A DNA stretch of 64,000 nucleotides from Candidatus Latescibacterota bacterium (GTDB lineage Bacteria; Latescibacterota; UBA2968), in assembly GCA_965198115.1 (NCBI GenBank), contig OZ240241.1, positions 8,288,001 through 8,352,000 of the forward strand. Reading direction: 5' to 3'. The translations under genes were made by a program, and so were the position numbers. Under the pieces are notes generated by a model. The model made no database searches. It saw only the letters and a list, made by a program, of their open reading frames with translations, and was not told the DNA's origin. Every line of letters begins with the position of its first letter. Position 1 is the first letter of the stretch. Of the stretch, positions 20,224-30,500 are shown one piece after another.

Positions 20224-20249
20224 GACGTGCGTGGGGCCTGAATGGTTCC
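20224..20249 (-). promoter_or_regulatory. Putative ECF-dependent promoter for the DUF5671-like gene
   Basis: GGAAC-N17-CGTC on the minus strand, 90 nt upstream of the ATG at 20133. Confidence 0.5.
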
Positions 20250-20255
20250 GACGCA

Positions 20256-20693
20256 TCAGGCGAGGGCCTCTTTGAGCGCGTTGAATCCGCCCTGGAAGAC
20301 GCCGTCTCCGATCAACTCTCGCATAGCGGTTTCTTCCGATGCGGGGCAGTCGAACTCGGCGCTCCATTCAGCGTAGGTTCGATAGCCATCGGTGATGGGA
20401 AGGAGACGAAGCGTGGCGACGTAGTCCTCGACGGGCATGGGCGACTCGAGGATCGAATACGTGCAGGTATGTTCGCGATCGCTGAGGGTCAGGAGTTGCT
20501 CGCGGATGTTTCCGCCATCATCCTTCAGGTCGAAATTTCGGATGCAGCCGACCTGGTCGCTCGGGTGGCCGTCTTCGATGTGGCTCTTTTCGATGGCCGG
20601 GTGCCAGCCCGGCAGATCGTTGAAGTCGCGGATCTTCGCCCATACGGTTTCGATGGGTCGGTCGATGACGGAGCTCGTGAAGATTCTGATCAC
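20256..20693 (-). CDS. SRPBCC (polyketide cyclase/dehydrase, MxaD-like) family protein
   Basis: VWAKIRDFNDLPGWHP, VGCIR, IREQL and YSILESPMPV motifs; AGGAG RBS. Confidence 0.88.
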   Translation of the reverse strand: MIRIFTSSVIDRPIETVWAKIRDFNDLPGWHPAIEKSHIEDGHPSDQVGCIRNFDLKDDGGNIREQLLTLSDREHTCTYSILESPMPVEDYVATLRLLPITDGYRTYAEWSAEFDCPASEETAMRELIGDGVFQGGFNALKEALA

Positions 20694-20707
20694 AGCATAC
20701 TCCTTTC

Positions 20708-22702
20708 CTATCGCGTGTTTACGGCCACGGTAGGATGGTCCACCGTGCCCCCGAAGTTCAGCGTGATGGGTATGGATTCAGGCTGGCGACCGAAGAGGGA
20801 TCCTAGCGCCTTTCCGACGTTGATTCCGACGATGTTCATTTTGTCGGGAGGGATGTCCATTCTGAGCGTGAAATCGAGCGCCCCGTCCAGACCGACCGAC
20901 CCGCGCAGACGACTGGGGATGTCTGCTGCGACCACTGACAGATTTTCAATCTTCACACGACCCTCTTCGACGGAAAAGCGCGAGGTGAGATCACGGATGG
21001 GAATGTGGTCGAAATTCATGAATGAAAGCTGCGATATGCTTCCCGCCGCACGCTTCAGCCATCCCCAGTTGACAACCTGACCATTCACAATCTCTCCGGA
21101 ACCACGAACCGTTATTCGGTCATTCAGGACCGTCAATGTCGAATCGAGCGGCGCCGCAAAATTCAGCGCGAGATCCATTTTCCCCCGCAGTCGAAGGGGC
21201 AAACCGAACAGGTTGTGCAGGACACCGTCCGCACTGGCGGCGTCGATGTTGATTGCACCTTCGAGGGGGAGCGTCGAACCCGATTCCTTCGCGTCGAGGA
21301 TCAACCGTCCTTCGATGGTTCCCCCATACAGACGACCCTCGATGTCGTCCAGGTTCAGGACGCCCCTACGTGCTCGGATCGTGGCATCGACGTCGGTGAG
21401 TGTGCCGCCGCTCGTGAGTCGGTCAAGATGGAGATCGCCCGACAGATCGAACATCCGGATCAGATCGGGCAGGGGTGAGGCAACGGGTGGCGGCGTTGCG
21501 AAGGCGGGTGTTGTTAGCGAAAAGCCCGTGGACGACGCGGGTGGTTCGGCGGACATCAGCTGATCGAGGTCGATGTGGGACGATCTGACTTGAAGTGCCA
21601 GGTGGGGTCGCCCGTCCGAGAAAAGCCACTCGCGGAAGCCTTTCACAACACCGGACACGCTGAGATCAGAATCAGCGGCTCGAACGCCGAGGGTGTCGAT
21701 CAGGACAGAGGCTCCGTCGAATCGTGCCGTGATTAGGCCGTGCTCAAGTGGCACGAGATCGGCCGTGGTGGCAGTCAGATCACGTACGGCGAGTCTGCCG
21801 TGGAAAGCGGGGAAACTGGGTGGCGCATCCTCGGGAGCGAGTCGTCCCTCGATGGCCACGTCGAGATCGAGGCGGCCGCTCAGCTGATGGGGTCCGGCCG
21901 ACGTCTCGAAACGGTCCGTAACGTGTCTGATCGAGAGGTCGATTTCAGGCTGGGCATCCAGGTGTTCGACTTTACCATTGGCCTCGATCGAGATGCCGGC
22001 GACCTCCAGACCGATACGTCGAACGCTGATGTGGGCCCGGGCAAGATCGAACACGAGGTCGTGCGTCAGGTGACCGCCTTCCGTCGTTGTGGTGATTTCA
22101 CGAGCGGTTGTGACGACGGTCTCGATGCCGAGCTGCCCGCTGGCCGAGATCCGAGGTCCATCTGCGCCGAGCTGCAGGTCGTAGTCGACACCCCGGTAGG
22201 CGCGCTGGGTATCGTCACGGTGGTCTGCGTAGGTGATGGTTCCATCACGCAGACGAAACCGGTCGATGGGCAGGTAGACGGACGGGGCGGCCACTTCGCT
22301 CGATCCACCCGATACGAAGTCACCATAGTTGGCGACCCCCCGCTGGTTCACGACGATGTAGACGTTGGGCCCATGGATGTGCATCTCGCCCAATCCCTCT
22401 CGCCCAGTGAGGGCCGCGCCCAGTGATAGGGCGATGGAGGCTCGATCGGCGGAGAGGAACAACCCATCGCCGAATTCCTGGCGATCGCTGATGCGAAGGC
22501 CATCGATCGACGCGCCAAGACCGGTGAGGACCGTCAATCCGATGGCGTCGACCTCGACCCGGCGTCCGATGGCAGCTTCGAGCGGGGGCATCACCATGCC
22601 ACGGAGACGTGTTTCGTTGAAGTAGAGGTGGAGAGCGGCCACGCCGAGCATCAGGCAGGAGGCCAACGTGATCGGAATGGCGATGAGGGTGCGACGTTTC
22701 AC
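20708..22702 (-). CDS. AsmA family protein
   Basis: N-terminal TM anchor, LEAAIGRRVEV, GVANY, beta-rich body, C-terminal IPITLNFGGTVDHP. Confidence 0.8.
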   Translation of the reverse strand: MKRRTLIAIPITLASCLMLGVAALHLYFNETRLRGMVMPPLEAAIGRRVEVDAIGLTVLTGLGASIDGLRISDRQEFGDGLFLSADRASIALSLGAALTGREGLGEMHIHGPNVYIVVNQRGVANYGDFVSGGSSEVAAPSVYLPIDRFRLRDGTITYADHRDDTQRAYRGVDYDLQLGADGPRISASGQLGIETVVTTAREITTTTEGGHLTHDLVFDLARAHISVRRIGLEVAGISIEANGKVEHLDAQPEIDLSIRHVTDRFETSAGPHQLSGRLDLDVAIEGRLAPEDAPPSFPAFHGRLAVRDLTATTADLVPLEHGLITARFDGASVLIDTLGVRAADSDLSVSGVVKGFREWLFSDGRPHLALQVRSSHIDLDQLMSAEPPASSTGFSLTTPAFATPPPVASPLPDLIRMFDLSGDLHLDRLTSGGTLTDVDATIRARRGVLNLDDIEGRLYGGTIEGRLILDAKESGSTLPLEGAINIDAASADGVLHNLFGLPLRLRGKMDLALNFAAPLDSTLTVLNDRITVRGSGEIVNGQVVNWGWLKRAAGSISQLSFMNFDHIPIRDLTSRFSVEEGRVKIENLSVVAADIPSRLRGSVGLDGALDFTLRMDIPPDKMNIVGINVGKALGSLFGRQPESIPITLNFGGTVDHPTVAVNTR

Positions 22703-22749
22703 GTCAGATCAGCCTCTCGAGTGCTGGCTCAGAGTGCGGAAACCTTTGG

Positions 22750-22802
22750 AACCACCCTTCGACTGCGCTCAGGGCAGGCGCCTGAACACAGATGGATCAG
22801 AT
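22750..22802 (+). repeat. Family D half-element nested in a B-type repeat
   Basis: AACCA|CCCTTCGACTGCGCTCAGGGCAGGC|GCCTGAACACAGATGGATCAGAT. Confidence 0.7.
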
Positions 22803-22940
22803 GTGTCGAGCACCAGATGATCGAGGCCCTATTCGGGGAAGTTATTCGGTGGTGCCCTGTGGCCTACCTTACCGCGACATCGATGACAATCGGTCAAACC
22901 CTTTGCTCGGATAGGTAAAGAACCTTCGTATCTGTAGCGG

Positions 22941-24392
22941 TCAATACACGGGGGACATGCGGCGGAACCAGCCGTGGACGGGGTCTCCGAGGGTTTCCAT
23001 GTGGCGGCCCATTCGGTCCATGAGGTCCTGGCGGATGTCTTCGTAGGCCGGATCGCCATACCGATTGTCGAGCTGGTAGGGGTCCTTTTCCAGATCGTAG
23101 AGTTCGCCGATGTCGTTGGGGTTGAACGTGAACTGGTGGGTTCGGGTGCGAACCATGCGTTGCATGGGTGTTGTGAAGTGTCGGTTGAAGACGCAGAAGA
23201 CGTCCTCGCGCCCATTCGACTCGCCCTGACCTTTCATTGCGTCGAGGAAGGAGTATCCATCGAGCGTGGCGGGAACCTCGAGACCAGCCGCATCCAGAAT
23301 CGAGCACGTGATCTCTTGTAGGTAGAGGAGGTCCTCGTTGACGGATCCCGGGGCGGCACAATCGGGGTGGGCGACGACGAGTGGAATGCGATAGATCTCG
23401 TCGTACATGAATTCGCCCTTTTCGATCAGCTTGTGGGCGCCGAGACAGTCACCGTGGTCAGCGGTGAAGATGATGATGGTGTTGTCCAGTTCGCTCATCT
23501 CGTCGAGAGCAGCCACGATGCGTCCGACCATGTCGTCAATGAGCGTGCAGTGGCCGTAGTAGCGCGCTGCAATTTGCTGGAATCCCTCCCAGCCGAGGTC
23601 GCCCAACCCCCACATACGCTCGATAATGCTCTGTACACGTGGCTTGTTCTCGAAGGTTTCGCGATAGCTGGGGTGCTCGGGAATGGAGGCCGGGTCGTAC
23701 ATGGAAAAATAGGGTTCCGGCACGAGGCACGGTGTGTGCGGTCCCCAGAAGTTTGCCCAGAGGAAGAAGGGTTTGTCGCCCCCGCTCAACTCTTGGGCTA
23801 CGCGGATGGCCTCTTCGGCGACGAAATACTCGATACAGCTTTCGACAGGTCCATCGTGCAGGGCGAACATTTCCTGCGTCTGGCAGCCGGGGTTGGTCCC
23901 GACATATCGATGGGTGACCTTTGGCTCGAACCCGTTTTCCTTGAGGTAGACTTCATAGTAGTTGGGTTCGTTGAGGGGGGGCGCGCCGAATTGAAGACCC
24001 GGGATGACCTTCGATCCGGGAAAGGCGTATCCAAGGAAGTCTTTGCCTGTGAAGCCGAAGTCGCTCGGTCCACGTTCCTGATCGACGTGCCATTTGCCGG
24101 CGTAACCCGATGCGTAACCGGCGTCGTCCAGGTAGCTGTTGATGCCTCTGATGCCCTCGTTCAGACATCGCCCGTTTTCTGTTACACCGTGCTTGTGGGG
24201 GTAGAGCCCGGTGTAGAAGGAGGCCCTCGCGGGGGAGCAGATGGCCGTGGGGGTGAAGGCGCCGTCGAAGCGCACCCCTCTGGTGGCCAGGGCATCGATG
24301 TGGGGGGTGCGGACGATTTCGTTCAGACCGTAGCAGCCGACGGTGTCGAGCCGCTGTTGGTCGGTCATTAACACCAGGATGTTTGGACGCAT
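22941..24392 (-). CDS. Sulfatase (formylglycine-dependent)
   Basis: RPNIL..MTDQQR, CSPARAS (CxPxR), GKWH, GPHTP, TADHGD and ELYDLEKDPYQLDN motifs. Confidence 0.93.
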   Translation of the reverse strand: MRPNILVLMTDQQRLDTVGCYGLNEIVRTPHIDALATRGVRFDGAFTPTAICSPARASFYTGLYPHKHGVTENGRCLNEGIRGINSYLDDAGYASGYAGKWHVDQERGPSDFGFTGKDFLGYAFPGSKVIPGLQFGAPPLNEPNYYEVYLKENGFEPKVTHRYVGTNPGCQTQEMFALHDGPVESCIEYFVAEEAIRVAQELSGGDKPFFLWANFWGPHTPCLVPEPYFSMYDPASIPEHPSYRETFENKPRVQSIIERMWGLGDLGWEGFQQIAARYYGHCTLIDDMVGRIVAALDEMSELDNTIIIFTADHGDCLGAHKLIEKGEFMYDEIYRIPLVVAHPDCAAPGSVNEDLLYLQEITCSILDAAGLEVPATLDGYSFLDAMKGQGESNGREDVFCVFNRHFTTPMQRMVRTRTHQFTFNPNDIGELYDLEKDPYQLDNRYGDPAYEDIRQDLMDRMGRHMETLGDPVHGWFRRMSPVY

Positions 24393-24595
24393 GTATCAGT
24401 GACCCTTGACGATCTGACCGTTGACCAAACAGAGCGCGCCAATGATAAGGTTCAGGGTGTGGACGATGCAAAGTGAAAGAGGCTGCGAGCAACCCTGCTG
24501 ATTCGCGCACACAGTGCCGGTGCTTGACAACCCTGTTGGATTCCCTATTTAGGGTGTCGTTTAGCACTCAGGTCTCTTTAACGACGGAGGATGTT

Positions 24596-25753
24596 TTGGC
24601 GGATATCAAGCTGACTGTTCAGGCCGGACCACACGGCCGAGTGTATTGTCCTGTTTCTACGTTGGTTGACGCGCCGTCGGGTACGGATTCGGCGTCCATG
24701 AAGGATGGGTCGGGTAAGGACGTGGCCTGCCAGGCGCGGCGAGAAGACGATGGGCTTCGCATTTCCTGGCTGATCGACGATCTGGCGGCGGATGCGTCGG
24801 CCGATTACGAGGTGACATTGGGCGGCAACGGCGGTGGGGATGGTGTGTCGCTGGCGGAGAAGAAGGACGAGGTGGACGTGTCGATCGGTGGCTCGCACTT
24901 CACCAACTATCGTTACGGTACAGATCTCATTCGACCGCACTTGCATCCGGTGATAGGGCCCCACGGGGATCCGGTGACCCGACCGCTCGCGGTCAAGGAC
25001 GACGGAAAGGACCATCCCCATCACCGATCCGTTTGGATCTCGCACGGCGTCGTCAACGGGTGGAACAACTGGGGGGAGGGTGACGGGTGCGCCTATACGC
25101 GATGGCAGGAGTTCGAATCGCTCGAGAGTGGACCGGTCTACGGCCGGATCGTGGCGCTGAGCGACTGGGTCGGAAACGACGAGTACCGCGGCGAACAGCG
25201 GTCGAATATTCTGGTCCACGAACGGGCGGAATGGACCTTCTACAACACGCCGTCCGATGTTCGGATCTTCGACTTGACGGTCACACTGACTGCGCCCGAC
25301 ATGGACGTCCTGATGGGAGATACGAAGGAGGGCGGTCTGGCCTCGATCCGGGTGGCCGAGTCGATGGAGGTCCGTTCGGGACAGGGAGGAACGATCACCA
25401 ACGGCTACGGCGGCGTGAACGAGGATGAAACGTGGGGTAAGCAGGCGCCGTGGTGCCATTACTCGGGGCCGGTGAACGGAAATCGCGTGGGTATCGCGAT
25501 TATGGATCATCCGGAGAGCTTCCGTTATCCGACCTATTGGCACGTGCGTAACTACGGGCTGATGACGGCGAATCCGTTCGGTTGGTCTCACTTCTACAAG
25601 GACCCGAATCGACGGGGTCACCACACAATGGAAGCCAACTCGTCCATCACCGGACGGTATCGCTACTACATCCACGCGGGGACGGCGGCAGACGGCAAGG
25701 TGGGGGAGGCCTATCACGACTTTGCGAATCCGCCGACCACTGAAACGGCGTAA
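24596..25753 (+). CDS. DUF6807 ('PmoA family') beta-sandwich protein, probably carbohydrate related
   Basis: RPHLHPV, DHPHHRSVW, DTKEGG, WCHYSG and WHVRNYGLMTANPFG motifs; TTG start 5 nt after GGAGG. Confidence 0.78.
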   Translation: MADIKLTVQAGPHGRVYCPVSTLVDAPSGTDSASMKDGSGKDVACQARREDDGLRISWLIDDLAADASADYEVTLGGNGGGDGVSLAEKKDEVDVSIGGSHFTNYRYGTDLIRPHLHPVIGPHGDPVTRPLAVKDDGKDHPHHRSVWISHGVVNGWNNWGEGDGCAYTRWQEFESLESGPVYGRIVALSDWVGNDEYRGEQRSNILVHERAEWTFYNTPSDVRIFDLTVTLTAPDMDVLMGDTKEGGLASIRVAESMEVRSGQGGTITNGYGGVNEDETWGKQAPWCHYSGPVNGNRVGIAIMDHPESFRYPTYWHVRNYGLMTANPFGWSHFYKDPNRRGHHTMEANSSITGRYRYYIHAGTAADGKVGEAYHDFANPPTTETA

Positions 25754-25970
25754 CCACTCCTTCGTTACGGCCGCACAAAAGTGCGGCCTACTCAGGACAG
25801 GCAAGACACGGAGACACCAAGTGAGGCCACACGAAGACACGAAGACGCGAAGAAGGGCTGGTGAGGTGGAGGAACCGAGAACTACCGCATAGCCTACCAG
25901 GGCGGTGTGAGGGTTCGGTCTGGGGGTCACGGTTCTCGGATCTCTTTTCCCGTCTTAGAAGGGAGTTGTG

Positions 25971-26966
25971 ATGGCAGATAAAATCAATGTGGCGATTGTG
26001 GGGCTCGGGGTCGGACGTAGTCGCGCGCGGTTTGCGGCGGAGTCGGACAACGTCAACCTGAAGGTGGTGTGCGCCCTGCAGGAAGAGAAGGCCAGGGAGA
26101 CGGCTGAGGAGCACGGGTGCGAATGGTCGACGAATCTGGACGAGGTGCTCGCTCGGGACGATATCGACGCGGTCGGCGTGTTTACACCGAGCGGGACGCA
26201 TTGCCAGTACGCGATCGAGTCGATCAAGGCTGGGAAGCACACGTTCACGACGAAGCCGATGGACATTCGTGTCGAACAATGCGATGCAGCTATCAAGGCG
26301 GCCGAGGATGCGGGAGTGATCCTGGCGGTGGACTTCGGAAACCGTTACGCGCGTGTGAACCATCAGGTCAAGGCGGCGATCGACACAGGCATGCTGGGAA
26401 AAGTCTTTTTGGGGGACGTCCGCTTGAAGTGGCACAGGAAGCAGAGCTATTACGACGGCGGGTTTCCTGAAGGATGGCGCAGCCGGTTGGAGACGGAGGG
26501 GGGATCGATCGCGAACCAGGGTGTTCACTACGTCGATCTGATCTACTGGTTTCTCGGGCCCGTGAATGAGGTGTTCGGACGGAGCGGTACACTCGGTCAC
26601 CAGATCGAAACGGAGGACATTTCGATCGCGCATCTGACATTTCAGAGCGGGGCGTGGGGATTGATCGAGACGACGACGGCACAGACGCCCAACCTCGGGA
26701 CGACGGTGGAACTCAGCGGCACGGAGGGAACGATCGTCTGGAAGGATCAGGATATCACGTTCAAGAACGGCGACAATGAGGACATTGACATCGACGAGAT
26801 CGATGTGCCTGAGTGCCCACCGAACATCATCGAGGACATGGTCGGTGCGATTCGGGACGGTAAGACACCCGCGTGTCCTGGTGCGGAGGGGCGAAAGTCG
26901 GTGGAGATCTTTACGGCGGTCTACAGATCATCGGAAACGGGACAGCCTGTGGTAATCGATCAGTAG
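25971..26966 (+). CDS. Gfo/Idh/MocA family oxidoreductase
   Basis: GLGVG Rossmann motif, TPSGTH, GKHTFTTKPM (variant of EKP) and GGSIANQGVHYVD. Confidence 0.92.
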   Translation: MADKINVAIVGLGVGRSRARFAAESDNVNLKVVCALQEEKARETAEEHGCEWSTNLDEVLARDDIDAVGVFTPSGTHCQYAIESIKAGKHTFTTKPMDIRVEQCDAAIKAAEDAGVILAVDFGNRYARVNHQVKAAIDTGMLGKVFLGDVRLKWHRKQSYYDGGFPEGWRSRLETEGGSIANQGVHYVDLIYWFLGPVNEVFGRSGTLGHQIETEDISIAHLTFQSGAWGLIETTTAQTPNLGTTVELSGTEGTIVWKDQDITFKNGDNEDIDIDEIDVPECPPNIIEDMVGAIRDGKTPACPGAEGRKSVEIFTAVYRSSETGQPVVIDQ

Positions 26967-27009
26967 AAGAAAGACCATTAGGAAACTATGAAATTAGGGA
27001 ATTAGGAAA

Positions 27010-28441
27010 TTGGCCGCCGACAAGCCGAACATCCTGTTGATCACAACCGATCAACAGAGGGGTGATTGCACGGGGATCGATGGGCATCCGATTCTGGAGA
27101 CGCCTCATCTGGATCAGCTGGCGAACGAGGGGGTTTACTTTCCTCGGGCTTACACGCCTTGCCCAGTCTGTGTGGCGGCTCGGATGTCCATCATGACCGG
27201 GCGCTCACCCTACAACACGGGGTACTTCGGGAACTCGAGTACGCCCCTCAAGATCGAAGAGACACTGCCCCGGCGACTTCGCGATCTAGGGTATCAGACG
27301 CAGATGATCGGCAAGGGTCACTTTTCGCCTCAGCGGAATCGACTGGGGTTCGACAACATCATTATCAACGAGTCGGGACGTTACCGGGACGGGGATGACT
27401 TTCATCGTTGGTTGATGAAAACGCCCTACGCAGGGATGGAGCGGGATACGAGCATCGGGAACAACGATGTGTTCGCGCGTCGATCGGTGGTCCCCGAAAC
27501 GCATCACGTCAACACGTGGACGGCGAACGAGTGTCGCGACTTCATCGACCGACGAGATCCGACGTGTCCGTTCTTTTTATGGATGTCCTTCAGGCGCCCG
27601 CACTCGCAATACGATCCTCCCGCACCCTACGATACGTGGTATGACCTGAATGACATTCCTCCTCCGCTGAAAGAGCCATCGCCCGATTTCCTTCCACCCC
27701 AGCTGCGCGAATCACCGGCGCGCTACGACTGGGACAAGATGTCGTTCAAACGCGTGCAGAGGGCGCGCCAGCACTATCTCGGACAGATCACCCACATCGA
27801 TCATCAGATCGGCCGGTTGCTCGCCTACCTTCGATGGCAGAACCTGTTGGACGACACGCTCGTGCTGTTCACGTCCGACCACGGGGATATGATGGGTGAC
27901 TTCGGGCTGTTCTTTAAGAGTCACTTTTTCGAAGGATCGGGACGCGTGCCGTTCATCTTGCGTCCACCTCGATCGTGGGAGGGGGACGATTCCGGCGCAG
28001 CGTTTCGATAAGCCGGTGTCTCTGATCGACATCGTTTCAACGTTCGTCGACGCAGCGGGTGGCGAAGCGGCGGACGTGGAGGGGCTCTCGCTGATCCCGG
28101 CTGTACGCGGCGAGGATCCCGTAGGCGATCGGATTTTCCACGGAGAGATCGGACCGGGTGAAGCCCGACATCATTGTATGACCGACGGCAAAACGAAATA
28201 CATGTGGTTCAGGAAGGGCGGCCCCGAGTTTCTGTTCGATCTGGAGAAGGATCCCGATGAGTTGAACAACCTTGCGGGCGATGAGGAGAAGATTCGTCCG
28301 TGGCGTGTCGGACTGATCGAGCTGTTGGAGGCGAGACGCGATGGGGCCGTCGAGGAGGGGAAACTGCAGCCGACACCCTTCGAAGCAACGCCGGAGAACG
28401 AGCTCCGGAAGATCGATCCGTACGGTCGAAGACCCTTTTGA
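27010..28441 (+). CDS. Sulfatase family protein, frameshifted near 27985-28005
   Basis: KPNILLITTDQQR, CVAARMS (CxAxR), GKGH, RPH and TSDHGD. The C-terminal half (LFDLEKDPDELNNLA) is in another frame next to G5/T3 runs, probably a sequencing error. Confidence 0.85.
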
Positions 28442-28471
28442 CATTGAATATCTAGAATCGAAGATCGAGAA

Positions 28472-28951
28472 TTGGGTGATCGAGAATTGGTGGAAGGGCT
28501 GGCTCAACAGCTGAAGGAGCGTGAGGAAACGGTGGCGGTGGTGGAGACGACGGCAGGGGGGCTGGTGAGCGCTGCTCTGGTCGCGATTCCTGGAAGTTCG
28601 GCCTATTTCGAACGTGGACTCGTGGCCTATAGCAAGGCGTCCAAGCTGTCGTCGCTGGGTCTGGACGAAGGGACGTTGGACGCGAGTGGGGCAGTGAGCG
28701 CGGAGACGGCCGGAATCATGGCCGTAGCGGTTCGGTCTCTGGCGGGGTCGACGTATGGGCTTGCCGAAACAGGAATCGCGGGGCCCATTCGGGGGCGATC
28801 GTCCAAACCGATCGGGACCGCTCATCTGGCGGTGGCGGGACCGGCGGGAGTGGTGACACGCGATGTCGAGCTACAGGGCGACCGCACGGCGATTCGAGAG
28901 GGGATCGTGGGGGAACTGTTGGCGTTCTTGTCTGAGGTGATGGAGCGCTGA
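28472..28951 (+). CDS. CinA C-terminal / PncC-like NMN deamidase
   Basis: VAVVETTAGGLV, PGSSAYF, GAVSAETA and ETGIAGP motifs. Confidence 0.85.
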   Translation: MGDRELVEGLAQQLKEREETVAVVETTAGGLVSAALVAIPGSSAYFERGLVAYSKASKLSSLGLDEGTLDASGAVSAETAGIMAVAVRSLAGSTYGLAETGIAGPIRGRSSKPIGTAHLAVAGPAGVVTRDVELQGDRTAIREGIVGELLAFLSEVMER

Positions 28952-29110
28952 AGGAGAGCGTTCAGAGGTCGGAGGTCAGGAAAGACACTCCCTCCTGATG
29001 CGCACGCTGAAGGACGTGCGAAACGATGCGTGTGGGGTGAACCCAAGAGGGAGACATCGTCTGGGCAGGAGAGACCGAGGCGCGGCTGCGGGAAAGTGGC
29101 TGCGCCCTCT

Positions 29111-30382
29111 CTATGTACGGTTGGATTCGGCGATGCCTCTCTGTTCGTCGACACGGAGCAGGAGCAGACCGCCGATGAGGAAGAATGCGGCGACGCTGGC
29201 GACGCCGGCACGCTGTGAGTCGAAGATTCTCGTGAGTTCGCCCAGGAGGAGCGGGCCCAGGAATGCGGTGATCTTTCCGGAGAAGGCAAAGAAACCGTAG
29301 AACTCGTTGGCTTTATCGCTCGGCATGAACCGGCCCATGAGGGAGCGGCTCGCGGCCTGGTTGGGTCCAGCGAACAGGCTGATGGCCAGACCGCCGATCC
29401 AGAATCCCACCTTGTCCGGCGTTATTGAAAGGAACACTGTGCTCCCAACGAAGAGGACGAGGGTGAGGAGAATCGTTCGCTTCGCGCCCCATCGGTCATC
29501 GGCGTAACCCATGGCGAAAGCACCGAACCCGGCGGCGATGTTTGCGACAATCCCGAAGACTGTGATTTCGTGGAAGGAGAAGTCGAAAGTTCCCGCGGCA
29601 TAGATACCGCCGAACGCGAAGATCGTGACGAGACCGTCGTTGAAGACGAGCCGGGTGATCAGGAAGCGCCCAATCTGTGGGTGCAGACGCAGCTCACGGT
29701 ACGTTTCACGAAGCGCCTGATATCGTCCTGTGGTCGTTTCCCCTTTTCGAGGCGCTGGATTCTCGAGTGTGAGAAACAACGGAGTAGCGAATACAGCAAA
29801 CCAAAGCGCCACTAGGAGGTTTGTTGCACGGATGTTCTCTCCCGTTTCTGCCCCGAACCCGAACCAGGGCATCTCCGCATCGATGAACCCGAAAAGCGCG
29901 ACGACCGTACATGCGACACCGCCGATGTAGCCGAGCCCCCACGCCCAGCCCGAGATGCGTCCGATCGTTTCTTTGGTGGATAGATCAGGGAGGTAGGCAT
30001 TGTAGAAAACGACGGCTAGTTCGTAGGCGGTGTTCGCGACGAAGAAGATGGCGAGAGCGAGGAGGACGTCGCCTGCGAGAGGGAAGTAGAGACCGGCCGT
30101 CGAGAGAATGGTGATGATGGTGAAGACGAGCAGCAACGGTTTCCGAAGACCCTGGCGGTCTGCGATGGATCCGAGGAAGGGTGAAACGAAAGCGATGACC
30201 AGGGCAGAGAGCGTGATGGCTCGTGACCATTGAGTCGTTCCGACGGTTTCGCTCTCGGCGATCGCTTTGATGAAGTACGCGCTGTAGATGAAGGTGAGGA
30301 CGAGGGTCGCGAAGGCAGAGTTGGCGAAGTCGTAGAACGCCCAGGCCAGGACTCTTCGCTTGGGGGCAGAGGGATCAGGCAT
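29111..30382 (-). CDS. MFS transporter (UMF1/ATG22-like)
   Basis: WAFYDFANSAF, FYNAYLP, ISGWAWGLGYIGG, QAASRS and EFYGFF motifs; about 12 TM helices. Confidence 0.9.
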   Translation of the reverse strand: MPDPSAPKRRVLAWAFYDFANSAFATLVLTFIYSAYFIKAIAESETVGTTQWSRAITLSALVIAFVSPFLGSIADRQGLRKPLLLVFTIITILSTAGLYFPLAGDVLLALAIFFVANTAYELAVVFYNAYLPDLSTKETIGRISGWAWGLGYIGGVACTVVALFGFIDAEMPWFGFGAETGENIRATNLLVALWFAVFATPLFLTLENPAPRKGETTTGRYQALRETYRELRLHPQIGRFLITRLVFNDGLVTIFAFGGIYAAGTFDFSFHEITVFGIVANIAAGFGAFAMGYADDRWGAKRTILLTLVLFVGSTVFLSITPDKVGFWIGGLAISLFAGPNQAASRSLMGRFMPSDKANEFYGFFAFSGKITAFLGPLLLGELTRIFDSQRAGVASVAAFFLIGGLLLLRVDEQRGIAESNRT

Positions 30383-30500
30383 CGGTGTGAGCGATTCGTG
30401 AGTCGCGTGCTGGATCCTCAGCGCCGATGGAGATCTGTCCGATTTCGGCCCCTCGTTCGTGGGTGTGCCGCGCGGGCACGTGTTTGGAGTCCAAGGATTC

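Noticed and set aside
24596-25753. Particulate methane monooxygenase subunit A
   Set aside because: The family nickname is misleading: the protein is soluble and beta-rich with no TM helices, and there is no pmoC or pmoB.
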